Source: Octopus sinensis
Taxonomy: Eukaryota
Assembly (NCBI RefSeq): GCF_006345805.1
Contig: NC_043000.1
Location: 35,092,001-35,156,000, forward strand
DNA: 64,000 nucleotides
Reading direction: 5' to 3'
Part shown: positions 1-12,414 of the stretch, piece after piece
Position numbering within the stretch: position 1 is the stretch's first letter
Layout of the letters: every line of letters starts with the position of its first letter
Position numbers and translations under genes: made by a program
Notes under the pieces: model-generated
What the model was told of the DNA's origin: nothing
Databases searched by the model: none
What the model saw: only the letters and a program-made list of their open reading frames with translations

Positions 1-460
1 AAAAATTGGACTTGCGATTCTATAGTTGTTATTTGCGGGTCCCTTTTTAGCAAGGCTCTGTAAACCTGTTTAGAAAATTGTCAAGGCCCACATACACACA
101 CACACACTGATATAACATAGGTAGATGATAGCAGCATGTTGACAGTGGCAGAAGAAATTTCACTACTGCAATAATCATTGTGTACAGGGAAATAATTGCA
201 GTGACTATCTTCATTATTCAACTAAGTCAACCTGTAATGACATCCCATCATTAATTTTAGAAATGCTCAATTATTTTAAAATCACTGAATAGATTGTATT
301 TAATTTTTCTAAAGAATATTTATTTTCTTTTGTTTTTTTTTATGTGATTTATAATACACAACTTATTTCTTCTAAATATATTCATACAATTTTACCATAC
401 TGGCTTATTATTGTTGTCATTACTTTTTCTTTCTTTTTAAATAATAATCCTAGTACTATT

Positions 461-662
461 AAGGCAGCAAGCTGGCAACATTGTTAGGGTATTAAAAACA
501 AATACCCTAACAATTCTGACTCATTATGTTAGGAGTTCAAATGACGCTGTGGTCGACTTTGCTTTCATCTTTTTAGGGTCTATAAAATAAGTACGAAGCA
601 AGTATTTACGTTGAGTATGATCGACTAACCCCTTCTCTAAAATTGCCGAAATTGTTCCAAAA
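461..662 (+). mobile_element. tRNA-derived SINE, family B (Meta-like central domain), decayed
   Basis: Head aaggcagcaagctggca...gagttcaaat followed by gtcgactttgctttcatc...ggtctataaaataagtac. Homologous inverted copies at about 12415-12600 and 33660-33860. Confidence 0.75.
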
Positions 663-679
663 CCCCTTTATTATAATTA

Positions 680-713
<34 letters not shown>

Positions 714-885
714 GGCGGAGGAGTGGCTGTGTGGTAAGTAGCTTGCTTACCAACCACATGGTTCCGGGTTCAGTCCCACTGCATGGCACCTTGGACAAGT
801 GTCTTCTACTATAGCCTCAGGCCGACTAAAGCCTTGTGAGTGGACTTGGTAGACGGAAACTGAAAGAAGCCTGTTGTATATATGC
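714..885 (+). mobile_element. tRNA/CORE-type SINE, family A, head only
   Basis: A box ggctgtgtggt, B box ggttcagtccc, CORE-like ggcaccttggacaagtgtcttc. Same head at 11269 and 51855, and on the minus strand at about 28120, 30070, 35510 and 53130. Confidence 0.85.
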
Positions 886-897
886 ATATGCATATAT

Positions 898-1196
898 GAT
901 ACCCTATGCTCATAGGGTATCAGTTACCTGTGCTATCCCTGGGTATGGTATGCAGGTACGCTATGCTCATAGGGTACAGGTAGCAACAGAATAAACAAAA
1001 GTTTATCAGGAATGAAATTTAAATAATCATTAAATAGAGAAAACCTATGATCAACAAACAAACAAATTGGACCACATTGATAAATATTTTTTAATATAAA
1101 ACATGACATAACATTCTAACATCATGTTTTATATTAAAAAATATTTATCAATGTGGTCCAATTTGTTTGTTGATCATAGGTTTTCTCTATTTAATG
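898..1196. repeat. Foldback element: two short palindromes plus a long near-perfect inverted repeat
   Basis: gataccctatg-ct-catagggtatc at 898-921, with a variant at 956-977. Arms 1028-1106 and 1122-1196 are reverse complements apart from one 4-nt indel. 986-1026 matches 31789-31829 inverted. Confidence 0.85.
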
Positions 1197-1559
1197 CTCA
1201 TTTATATATGTGTATGTGTATGTGTATGTGTATATATATATATATAAATGTAAATATACGATATATGTATGCATATATAGAGATAGATAGATGTATATAT
1301 ATATATCGATAAATAGACAGATAGATAGATATATGTATATATATGTGTGTGTGTACATATATATATATATACACACACACATACCACCATTACAGACATA
1401 CATTAATACAAATGGTGGCACAAAAATATAACAAACTTGGGAACAGTTGTTTGCCAATAGCTATGACTTTTATGAGAAACCTGGTCGAATTTCCTGTGAT
1501 TTTGATGACAACAACTGCAACAATAATACTTAGTGTAAGTAAAGAGTAGAGCAACAAAA

Positions 1560-2003
1560 CAACCACACTGTGGGATGTGCTGATACACATATAGTGGGGT
1601 GGGTGGTGGGGTGAAAAGACATTGTTGTCAAGACTATGAAGAAAGGAATGCTTTTATAGTCAATGTCTCAACCACCATCAATGGTAATGTTTCCCTAAAA
1701 GAAACAGAGAAATAACCTAAATATGAAGATTGGGAAATAGAGATAACCTGGCTGTTAGTTTTGAGAACTGAGACAATCTCTATAATGGGTGTCTTGAGAA
1801 CAATTAAAAGAAATGCAGACAAATACGTAACCAGGAGCCCCAGGACAAAAGAAAATAGTGCAGCCAAGTGCTATATGCCAAGTACGTATTATGTAGGACA
1901 TTTTCAATAGAGTCAGAAGAGAAAAGCCCAGTGTATACCAAAGCATACTCACAGGTTCACTGCATTGTGCAGTGAAAGCATGCAATAACATTAATAATAA
2001 TAA
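1560..2003 (+). mobile_element. R4/Dong-clade non-LTR retrotransposon 3' remnant (restriction-like endonuclease)
   Basis: Manual translation across frameshifts: TTLWDVLIH..DIVVK(D)YEERNAFIVNVS..GNVSLKETEK*PKYEDWEIEIT..RTETISIMGVLRTIKRNADKY, fitting the PD..D / KxxKY REL motifs. Ends at (TAA)n. Confidence 0.7.
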
Positions 2004-2215
2004 TTCTTTTATTCTTTTCAGTCACTTGACTGTGGCCATGCAGGAGCACCGCCTTTAGTCGAGCAAATCGACCCCAGGACTTATTCTTTGTAAGCCTAAT
2101 ACTTATTCTATCGGTCTCTCTTGCCGAACCGCTAAGTGACGGGGACATGAACACACCAGCGTCAGTTGTCAAGCGATGTTGGGGGGACAAACACAGACAC
2201 ACAAACATATACACA
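2004..2215 (-). mobile_element. Family A SINE, 3' half
   Basis: Reverse complement of the tail in the full copy at 11269-11668 (cagtcacttgactgtggccatgcaggagcaccgcc...). Confidence 0.85.
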
Positions 2216-3617
2216 CAGACATATATATATATATGCATATATATATATGAGAGAAGTTGTTAGCCACAACTCGTGTTTCACTCCTACAACATTTGTGAAG
2301 CATAAACTCCTGATTAAAAAAAATGGGAAAGGAAACCCCAGAGAATTGAACAGACACAAATAGTTGCAATTAAAGTGGTAAAAATGCAAATTTAAATGAC
2401 TATGACTGAAACATCATTACAGCATACTATCTCATCTTTTAAATATAATTGAACAATATCCAAAACATTGTGAACATAAGCCATCATAACATACCTAACA
2501 TGCTGTCAATGTTCAAACTAAATGACACACTAGGTGACTCCACAAAAAGCTATCAGCATGGAAGATGTGTTTCAAAAACTGCTTAAGGAATTTATCCAAG
2601 AATGAGAAAAATAAAAGGAAAGCTCAAAATTGATAATTTTTTTTTTCAAAATTGGGTGAAATTCCATATTCTTACCAATTAAATGCTGGTGAGTTCCCTT
2701 GGCAGATGACAAAATATATGCTCCCTCACTGAGAATGGCACTATATCTAGATGTATACAAAATTGTGGTATATTTGTATAGAAATTTGTGCCATTTATTT
2801 AAGATTTGAGACTGGGAACATGAGGTATGAAGACGGGTAAAGTTTGTGTTCTACACACTTGCTTGCCAGATGGTGCCGCAGTATTTGGGTATTCTCCTGT
2901 GGACAGAATGGTGCTAAATATATATCACCACCCTGTTAACATGTAGACATGTTATCACTCTATAAACAGGAAAATTTTTTAAATGCTAATTAAATGCATG
3001 AAATATTCAAAAAGGACGGAATAAATAAAATAAAGAATGAAAGTTTTAGAAATAAAATAGAATGAGGTTATTGTTTCATTTGTTGCCTTGTTGAAGAATA
3101 ATTGACTGAAAATAGCAAATTATTTTATATTCCAACTTGTTTACAGTAAGGCACAAATTATTAAGTTTTTCAACATAGAAGCCATTATCTTTCTCGTCTG
3201 TTTTGGAATTTCCTTTGTCTTTTTCCCATCTTGTACATTGATGAAATTGATATTGAAATTCCACCGAAATAGTCCTCACTAAAACATAATTCACCGATAT
3301 ATTCTTGAATGATGCATTCTTTAGATTCTCTTAGAAACTATTTTTTGAACTCATTAACTTGTAGCAATGATATAAGATAATGAGATTCACAAATATAGCT
3401 ATTATGATTTGTGCATAAAATGTTTGGGCTGGCAATCATCAATTCAACCAGGGATACATAGGTTTTAGTAGCCCTTAAGTAGGTACATTTCTCTATATCT
3501 TAGTACGTTGTTAATCATTTGTACAATGTCTTCCAAACTATATGAGGGTCTAAGAAGAAAAACCCTGCTTGCAAATGGTACATACATTCAGTTCACCCAA
3601 AACATATGTAAATATAT

Positions 3618-3790
3618 GTGTCTTGACGAAATTTCAAACCTGGGTTCTCATTCCTAAGGTATTTTTCGATGTTATTATTATTACTATATAGCAAAGTGGT
3701 TAAGAGCGCGGGCTACTAAACCCAAGATTCCGAGTTCGACTCCAGGCAGTGATCTGAATAATTGTAATAATAATAACAATAATAATAATC

Positions 3791-3821
<31 letters not shown>

Positions 3822-4006
3822 TAATAATAACATTGAAAAATACTTTAGGAATGAGAACCCAGGTTCAAAATTTCCCCAAGACACCTGATGAAGGCTGGAG
3901 GGTATATCAGCCAAAACATTGTGTTAACAACAAACAAGATGAGGACAAATGTCCATCAAATGTAAATAATGTACATAATTCCTCATCTCTTAAATATAGA
4001 ACAGTA
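3618..4006 (+). mobile_element. tRNA-headed non-autonomous element with (AAT)n spacer, Penelope-type 3' end and 5' inverted duplication
   Basis: A box TAGCAAAGTGG 3689-3699, B box GTTCGACTC 3734-3742, (AAT)n about 3757-3830. 3618-3677 is an inverted copy of 3825-3884 (about 54/60). Hammerhead core at 3881-3924. Confidence 0.7.
3881..3924 (+). ncRNA. Minimal hammerhead ribozyme motif, decayed by two G>A changes
   Basis: ACAC-CTGATGA-A-GGCTG-gagggtatat-CAGCC-aAAACaTT-GTGT. Stem II is GGCTG/CAGCC and helix I is ACAC/GTGT. The canonical GAAACGTT reads AAAACATT. Confidence 0.65.
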
Positions 4007-4189
4007 TCATCATCATTTCATGGAAGGACGATGTTAAATGATGATAAAAATATTAAATGTATATTAAATGTGACTGCTGAAGCATGAAACTAGTTTTGTC
4101 CATTAGGTTTTTTTCCCTTATATATCACAGTAGTCACTTGTTAATATTTTGATGCGTGTTGTTTGGATGCTAATATGAATGTGGTTTCA

Positions 4190-4830
4190 ATAATAGTTTG
4201 CCGTGTGGAATTCTATATAAAGTATGTATTTTCTTCTGGTATTGTCCTCTCTAATTTTGGTGTGTGGTATAATGAGCAATTGATCCATGTTGCAAGTGTG
4301 TGGTGAGTCTACATGATAGTGTTGGACTGGTCTGTCCAATGTAACAGTTAATGTCCTGAAGTTTGCAACTTTTAGTTTTACAGTCAAACTTTTACATCAC
4401 ATTGGTCATCCGCAGTTTGTTCTCAGGCTGACATCGTTTGTGGTGTATTATTGATGAGCAGTTTTTGGTTTTTGTACTATATTATTAGTTTCAGTATATG
4501 GTCGAGTGCGATGCATTTTGTGTTTTATGAGGGTTTTTATTATATGTTTGTTAGTTTGATTGTTTTTGTGCATTTGCTTCATGCAATAGATTTTTATGTG
4601 TGGTTTGTGTATTTCTCTTAGGTTTATTCTCTGATATATTTCTTGTATTGTATTTGTGTCTGTGTTATTTTATAGCTTGGTACACCAGTCTATTAGAATA
4701 TCCGTTGTCAATTAATATTTGTTTAATTCTATGTATTTCTATATCTCAGCCATTGTTTGTGGAAAATACGAAAAATCTAATGGAAGATATAAAAGTTGAA
4801 TGTTAGTTGTTTATTCAACGAAACATGCAT
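4190..4830 (-). mobile_element. Penelope-like element ORF remnant (RT C-terminus plus GIY-YIG endonuclease)
   Basis: Minus-strand fragments in the correct order: EIHRIKQILIDNGYSNRLVYQAIK*, I*YKNQK, TNVM*KFDCKTKSCKLQDINCYIGQTSPTLSCRLTTHLQHGSI. Confidence 0.8.
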
Positions 4831-5598
4831 AAAAGAGAAGCTTTTCCCTGTGTGTGTGTGTGTGCGTGTGTAAGAAACTTAACTTCAATTTCATAAAGCT
4901 GTTTGTATGTGAGGTAAAATGCCCCTTAGATGGAAAAAGTCAGAAGAATTATCTATGGGAATTGAACCATTTATTTTTTTGTTTATTGGACTTCTGTAGT
5001 AATCATTAGACATAGGTGACACAAGAACACACAGCTGTTGAAATTAGGAATTTTGACTTCAAGAGGAAAATTTAAATTTCAGTAGTTGGAAGTTGTCAGG
5101 TCACTTTTGTGCAGTAGTTTAGCAAATGTACAGCAGAGAGATGGTTCAATTTCTATTGGTGTTTTCATCCCATTTTTCTTTTTTTTTTATCTGAGTGCTT
5201 AAAAAGAAAGACTTACTAAAGAATTCTCAATGCTTTAAACAAATCAGAACTTAATAAATGTACTTAATTACAGGTTAACAAAATTTAGTAAGATGAAAAA
5301 TATTTTTAATCACATGAAATTACATCTGTACTGAGAAATCATGAATGCTAATGAAAATTGTGGAAAATGTGGATAGGGGAGAGAATTCAAAAATGTAAAA
5401 GTGGTTAAAAATTTTGAGAGAGAGAGAAAGAAAGAAAGAAAATGTGTGTGATGTTAGAGCATGTACAGGTGTGTGCATATGTTGTGAGATTTTCTTCACA
5501 TAAATGTGTTCTTCAATTTTTGCGATTCCCTTGCCTTCCTGTCACCATGTTCTTCAGCTCCTGCAGTGGACATCTCCCCTTTCCATTTACTTTCATAG

Positions 5599-5683
5599 AA
5601 CAAAAAAATCCCCCACAAACATTCTGGCTCCTAGCTTTCACAGTCTGCACAAATTAAATTCACATTTGTCAGACTCCTCTCAC
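5599..5683 (+). CDS. Candidate internal exon of an unidentified host gene
   Basis: Pyrimidine tract plus tttcatag acceptor, 85 nt with one open frame (xTKKSPTNILAPSFHSLHKLNSHLSDSSH), CAC|GTATGT donor. No homology recognised. Confidence 0.25.
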
Positions 5684-6064
5684 GTATGTTTCTCATCCAA
5701 TATGGTTCCATATCAGAAACACAATGCGTTTAATAGATACATGATATCACTTAACTATTTCTCAGTGCTGAGCAAGAACAAATATTTGAATTTCTTTCTG
5801 TTAAGATGGAAATGTAGAATGAAGTCAAAGTTAAGTTGAAATACTTTCCATATTTTTTGCTTCACCATCATCATCATCATCATCACTGTGCTGTGTTTTC
5901 AAAATTATAAAGTGTATTGTTGAAATGATAATGCTTCTCTTTTATTATCAAATTTTAACCTAGTCTAACAAGAGTTTACTTATCTATGAAGTTACTTTCT
6001 GTTAGAATGTTCGATATATCTCTGAGAAAATAAGGCACTGAACCTCATTCACGCACACAGATGA

Positions 6065-6308
6065 ATATATATGTGTGTGTATTATTATATACATAAATAT
6101 ATATTTGTATACATGTATGTATAAATATATATATGCATTATATATATATTATATATGTGTACATATATATACATTATATATATATATTATATATGTGTAT
6201 ATATATATGCATTATGTATATCTATATATTATATATGTGTGTATATATATATATGCATTATATATATGTATATATGCATTATATATATGTGTATATATAT
6301 GCATTATA

Positions 6309-6346
<38 letters not shown>

Positions 6347-6500
6347 TTATATATATATATATGCATTATTATATATATAGGCATTATATATATGTATATA
6401 TATATATATATATAATATATATTATATATGTATATATATATATATATACACATATATATATATATACAACATATATGTATGTATATAGATGTATGTATTG
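6065..6500. repeat. Interrupted (TA)n/(TG)n microsatellite array
   Basis: Directly visible; source of YI-repeat ORFs. Confidence 0.95.
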
Positions 6501-7721
6501 TAAGTGCAGTACTTGCATGTAATGGATTTGGTGCCATTAGTGCCTTGCACAAATATTTTGATTAAGATGGGTGACAGTAAATATCTGTTGTAAGTAATGC
6601 CAAGCCATTGACAGTGGTTAAATATTTGTTGGAAGTCTTTGATAAAAGTGCTTTTTGCATAGAGTCACTGAACAAACAATACAGAAGCCATTCTTGCTCT
6701 ATCAACCCAATAAAACAACTTTGTTGCGAAAAACAAAACGAAAAGTATATATTTTAGTCTCTGAACAGACAAGCTGAAGTTGTTAGAAAGCAGTTTTTAT
6801 TATGTGTTACATACTATAAACATATTTGTAAGTTATTTGTTAAAACAATAAACATTATCAAATCCATTCTGTGAGTTATTCAACTCTGTCATTGTCTGTC
6901 TGACTGCCTGTCCACCTGTATGTCTGTCCGTCTCTAATAACTCAGATAGAGAAGAATACATACTGACGGTTTATTTTATATTAATGGATGACAGTTTCAC
7001 AACATATCTGACCAAATAACATTATCACATAAGATCCATCAAAATGAAGATCTTTCAAAAAAAAAAAAAAAAGTCCCTCTTTTCTTTTCTCTATCTTTCC
7101 TCTTTTCTTTTTTTTTCTTCTTTATGATGATGTGGGAAATTTGTGTTAAATATTATTGAGAATAATACAAGCACCTTTGCCTACTTGCAGTAAATGTTTG
7201 CCTACATTCTTTATCTTTTATTGGTTTCTGTTATTAAACTGCGGCCATTCTGGGGCACTGTCAGTTATAACAACTTCGGTACTTATGTCAGTCTGGAACT
7301 GATTTTACTGTTGTATAGTTTACTGATTGGCTAACAGCAGTCTTGTTTTGACCAATGATATTGAGTTTAACACACACACACACACACACATGTTTTGTGA
7401 TCCCAACAATACCAGACAATTTCCTTTTCATATTTTGGAACCCTTCTTTGTGTGGTGAGAACTCCATCACAACTTCAACTTGCTTGATCAACATGATATT
7501 AAAATAATTCAGTAGTTTTTTCTTGAAATCAGTAGCAATAATATCTATGATTCTGTGCATCTCTCTATTAATTTGTGTATATGTGATCATATGTGTATGT
7601 GTGTGTGGTGTCTGTTTCTGGCCAATTATGTCTTGGAGAGAACTGTTCCATTTGCAGAAACATATGGTTAGTTTTGACTGAAGGAGGCTTCTATATGTAT
7701 GTATGTATATATTCATACACA

Positions 7722-7915
7722 TCATCATCATCATCATCATCGTTTAGCGTCCGCTTTCCATGCTAGCATGGGTTGGACGATTCAACTGGGGTCTGGGAAG
7801 CCAGAAGGCTGCACCAGGCCCAGTTTGATCTGGCAATGTTTCTACGGCTGGATGCCCTTCCTAACGCCAACCACTCCATGAGTGTAGTGGGTGCTTTTTA
7901 CGTGCCACCGGCACA
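7722..7915 (-). mobile_element. RTE-type (GAT)n-tailed repeat, family C
   Basis: (cat)n-cgtttagcgtccgctttccatgctagcatgggttgga...ctggatgcccttcctaacgccaacc. Further copies at about 7990-8200(-), 8270-8370(-), 18745-18840(-), 33400-33500(+), 39470-39745(-), 45285-45555(-), 48456-48790(-), 54680-54840(+), 56975-57175(-) and 57995-58185(+). Confidence 0.85.
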
Positions 7916-10900
7916 ATATATATATATATATAAATATATATATGTATGTGTATATATATATGTATATATGTATGTATGTATATATGTATACATCATCATA
8001 TTTTTTCCATGCTGGCATGTAGTTGGATGGTTTGACAGCATCCAGTGAGTCCCAAAGGCGCATCAATCTTCTTTGTCATCTTTGGTATGGGTTCTACAAC
8101 TGGATGCCCTTCCTAACTCCAGCCACTTTACAGAGTGTACTGGTGCTTTTTTTTGTTTGTTTTGTACCACCAACACTTGTGGGGTTGCCAAGTAACTTGA
8201 AAAACAGGAAAGAACTACAAAAGAGGAAAAAGCGGAAAAGGAAAAAAACCCTTGAAGAAATATTATATATATATGTAATCAACATTATTTAATGTTTACT
8301 ATTCCATGTTTGCATAAGCCAGATAGAATTTGGTGAGGCAGATTTTTTGTGACTGGATGTCTTTCCTGTTGGGCTAAAAATACATCAGTTATATGGCTTC
8401 AGGGATAAAGTTTACAACTTTCTTTTAAACTTGGCTCAATGCAATATAATCTTTTTATGCAAGTTTAAGTGGGGAGGAGGGGAGCAAAAATATTTCAAGC
8501 TCTTATTTATTAAAATAAAAGATTTTCAGAGCAGAACCCAATGTGTTTGTAAACCCATTGTACTGCTGGAGATGCAACTTGATGTTACAACAGCTACAAA
8601 AATGAGGCAGAGTTTGAATTCTTTCTGACACTTGATGGTAGATCTTGTTTTAACTCTTTCTGTTTTCAATGATGTCTACAAATTACTTGAAGCTGGAGTA
8701 TTTTGTTGATTTTACTTGGGATTTAAGTGACAGTACTCAATACATTGTGTAAAGTGTTTCTATCTATTATAGCTGATAAATAAGGCTACTTGTGCATGAT
8801 TTTGAATTTCAGGCTAAATAGAACATTCTTTTGGTAGAATTTCAGTGAGTTTCCTAAAAGAGAATCCATGCAACTTAATCTTAAATAGTTGCTAATATAT
8901 TTCTTATGCAAGTTGACATTTAATTAGTAATCTTATAAGTAGTCAATAATTATTTACTATTAATTTCATAGAAATTATTTGTTTGTTTAATTTTAAAAGT
9001 TAGCTCCTAAAATTTCCTATATGGTAGAGATTTTTTTTGAGATGTAACAAACAGCATTTATTTCCAGACTGGATGCTTGATGGTAAGCCTAACTCTTGAC
9101 TTTAGTGACATTAGTGTCTGAATGACTAATGTTTTCCTTCTATTGAAGTCTACAAACAGTAATTACTTGAAACTTGTACGTGTCATTGTTATTGCTTCTC
9201 ATTTAGCAGTTTTTCTTGTTTTTTTTTGTCTTTTTTTGACAAATGAAATAAAAATATGTCTTTTATAGAATCTCAAAGATTAGTACACCTTCATTGTTTG
9301 AAAGTGTTTATGACTTTTGGCACCATTAATAGGTTTTTACAGAAAGCTGGCTGTGACATCCTCTCTTAGGGTACACACCATGGATGTTTGTATTTATGAA
9401 GTTGTTTTAGAGAAAATATATAAATGGACAAACATGTGTTTGTGCTTAATTTCTTTGTGCATTTTATCATGAATAGCAATTAATGCTTGAGTGTAATGTA
9501 AGTTGTTTAAATAGTAATACTTCTAGACTGAAATTGTACTAACTCACGAATTTTTAGCAAAAGCACAAACATTTATGATATCTTACTAATTTTAAGTCTT
9601 CTATGGAGAAAGAAAAAAGAAGTTAGTAGGAAATCTGAGTGGATAGAATGTTTGGATAATGACCAAATGTTTTAATCCTGTTACAAACATTTTCTCTCCT
9701 TTTTCACACTTACCAGTAAAAACAAAGCTTGATCAAGAAGCAAAAAGATCTTTACATGTATTATTGCTGAATGTTTTGTATGAGAATAGCCATTTCCATA
9801 TTTCTTGTCTGTTCCAATAATCTATATAGAATTCAACAAAGAAAGCTTTACATGGTCTCTCATCCTCCTATAAATAGCAACCAAATCTTTTTTAGATTGC
9901 TCTACACCATTAAAAAAGGAAGGAGAAATTTTCATAAAAAGTTCCTAAAGAGAGATGACTAGCAAGAACAAAACAATGAATGCAGTTGAAATATGTTTCA
10001 TTATTGGTCTTGTTGAGCAGAGTTAAAATTAAACAATAAATAACAACAACAACAACAACGGTAACATTCTGAAGGTTTTTGAATATTTAAACCTGCTCTT
10101 GTATAAAGAAGTAATAATAATAATAATGCATAAAGGATTACACACATACACACACACGATCATTGTTATTAATTATATCTAAAGATAATCACTTGAGTTC
10201 ACCACTTATTGTTATTGCCATTTTTAACATTATTGTAAATAATGTTTTTCTTTCTCTCTTTTTAATTTCATTTATAATTTTCAACTTTATTTTTCTGTTA
10301 TTTAATGGCTCACCTCTGTGAATATCTAATAAAGTGTATTTGTATATTGAACATGAGAAATGATTAATTGAAGTGGAAGACTTGTTGCTAAAGAACCCAC
10401 AATGTCTTTGCTGCTATTTTAGGCTGATAATTAACCTCTCAACAACTACACAACTCTATTAGCGCTTCCACAATCTCTAATCTTTGACGTCGCTAGTTAT
10501 TTCCTCTGTTTCCTCTTGAGGTAATTGTTGAAAATTAATTATTGATATCAATGTTGCTGTTATTATTATTTATTTCTATCAAACTTCTTCACTTTTATAT
10601 CTTGATTTAAAGACGAAGTGTTGTTGCTATTTTTGTCATAAAATAAATTAATGTTGCTCTGCAATATCTTTCCCATACATAATACAGGTAGTGTTGATTT
10701 GAATTGTACTTTTTGAAATGGTAAAGTATTATCCAAATTTGGTTCTATCTCTTAAGTGTACAATTGTTGTGTTGACTTCATAATTTATTTTATGATTTAT
10801 CTCAACAAGATGATGTTGCTAAATTTGTGGGAAATTTTATTTCTTCAACCGTTTGTTATTTCTAGTTTCTCTGACACATCAGTAACGGGCAATATTTTAA

Positions 10901-11268
10901 TTAAAGTTGTTTTTAAATTTTTAAAGAAGAATTACTCTTTGTTCCCTGCACATTACTTATATAAAAATACAACTTCCCTTCTCTAAATGATTCTGATATT
11001 ATTTTCTCCTTTAAAGATGGTCCTTCATATTAAAAATTTCCTGTCCTAATTTTGTGATTTCTCCAAACTCTGTGACTATTTTTCAAAAGATCACTCACTG
11101 AAAAACATTAAAAGAAGAAAGCTCTTCAGTTTTGTTCTTTTCAATTGCAGAGGAATCTTCTTTGCATTGACATTTCTTCCAGCCAGTGTTGTTTTCATTT
11201 CTGAAAACTTTATGGATTGGATAAATCTATCTTCTTAATACTTAAGGCATCATTGAATCAGTCTGGAA

Positions 11269-11668
11269 GGCACAGGAGTGGCTCTGTGGTAAGAAGCTTG
11301 CTTCCCAACCACATGTTTCCAGGTTCAGTCCCACTGTTTGGTACCTTGGGCAAATGTCTTCTACTATAACCTTGGGCCGACCAAAACCTTATGTGTGAAT
11401 TTGGTCGATGGAAACTGAAAGAACCCCATTGTATATATGTGTATGTATGTGTGTGTGTATGTATGTGTGTGTATTTGTCCCTCTACCCTCACTTGACAAC
11501 CAATGTTGGTGTGTTTACATCTCTATAACTTAATGGTTCAGCAAAAGAGTCCCATAGAATAAGTACTATACTTATAGAGGATAAGTCCTAGGGTCGATTT
11601 GTTCAACTAAAGGCAATGTTCCAGCATGGTTGCAGGCAAATGACTGAAACAAAAGGATTAAAGAATAC
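11269..11668 (+). mobile_element. Full-length family A SINE (tRNA head, CORE-like domain, microsatellite, CR1-type tail)
   Basis: Contiguous head, (TG/TA)n centre and tail ending ccagcatggttgcaggcaaatgactgaaac. Confidence 0.85.
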
Positions 11669-12414
11669 ATGCGCACACACACACACACACATATCAAAAT
11701 ATGAAATTATTTATGAGATATCAAGTTCCACCATCTTAATTATGTTTCATTAACATAAGGTGATAATTAATTACATTAAGTAAATTACATAACACCTACC
11801 ATCAAATCATCAGAAACTTGTAGCTTTTATACATAACACTATAGGCTTGAAAAAGATGGTGGAATTCCTCGTCATGGAGTCAGTCGTTTTTAAAGCATCT
11901 GTAAGTTGTTTTAACAAAATATCTTACAAACAATCTCTCATGTTTTGTTTTCAGCATAGATTGTGGGGAACACTCAAACCCAGATTTCTTAACAAAGGAT
12001 ACAATTACAATACACAAACGGAAATACACATGGAGTTATAAATACTGGTTATTTGTTATACAGTTTAATGCTGAAATTGAACCGGATGAATATGTGTATA
12101 CATATATGTACATATGTGTGTGCGTGTATCTATGTGTGTGTGTATGTATATATATATATATATATATATACATATAGATAGATATATATATGCAAATGCA
12201 TCTAGGTATGGAGTTTCAGTTTGATTAGACTTAAGCTAATGAATAGACACATTTGACTTTCTCATATACTGACAGCTATTATTTATTTTGTTCATGAAAC
12301 TTGGAGCAAGTGAGAAATTCTTGGGAGTTATAAACATCTTCAGAATCACTTATTTCATTCATTTTTGAAGGACAAACAATATATGAGGTAAATATTGGTT
12401 ATAAATTTTTGCCC

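Noticed and set aside
2305-2395. Kinase-like GKG...QIVAIKVV motif
   Set aside because: The two motifs are in different frames, and no downstream kinase subdomains or splice signals follow.
3076-3330. Minus-strand 72-aa ORF and a SET-like IIQEYIGEL string
   Set aside because: Short match only, in a different frame from the ORF, with no further domain motifs.
3686-3757. Functional tRNA gene
   Set aside because: A and B boxes are present, but the acceptor and anticodon stems do not close properly and it runs into (AAT)n; treated as a SINE head.
7288-7740. 150-aa minus-strand ORF
   Set aside because: Starts in a (CAT)n repeat tail and crosses (CA)n tracts; no recognisable domain or splice boundaries.
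11845-12050. Exon-like pair with GTAAGT donor and ttttcag acceptor
   Set aside because: Implied intron of only about 54 nt, ambiguous frames, no recognisable product.
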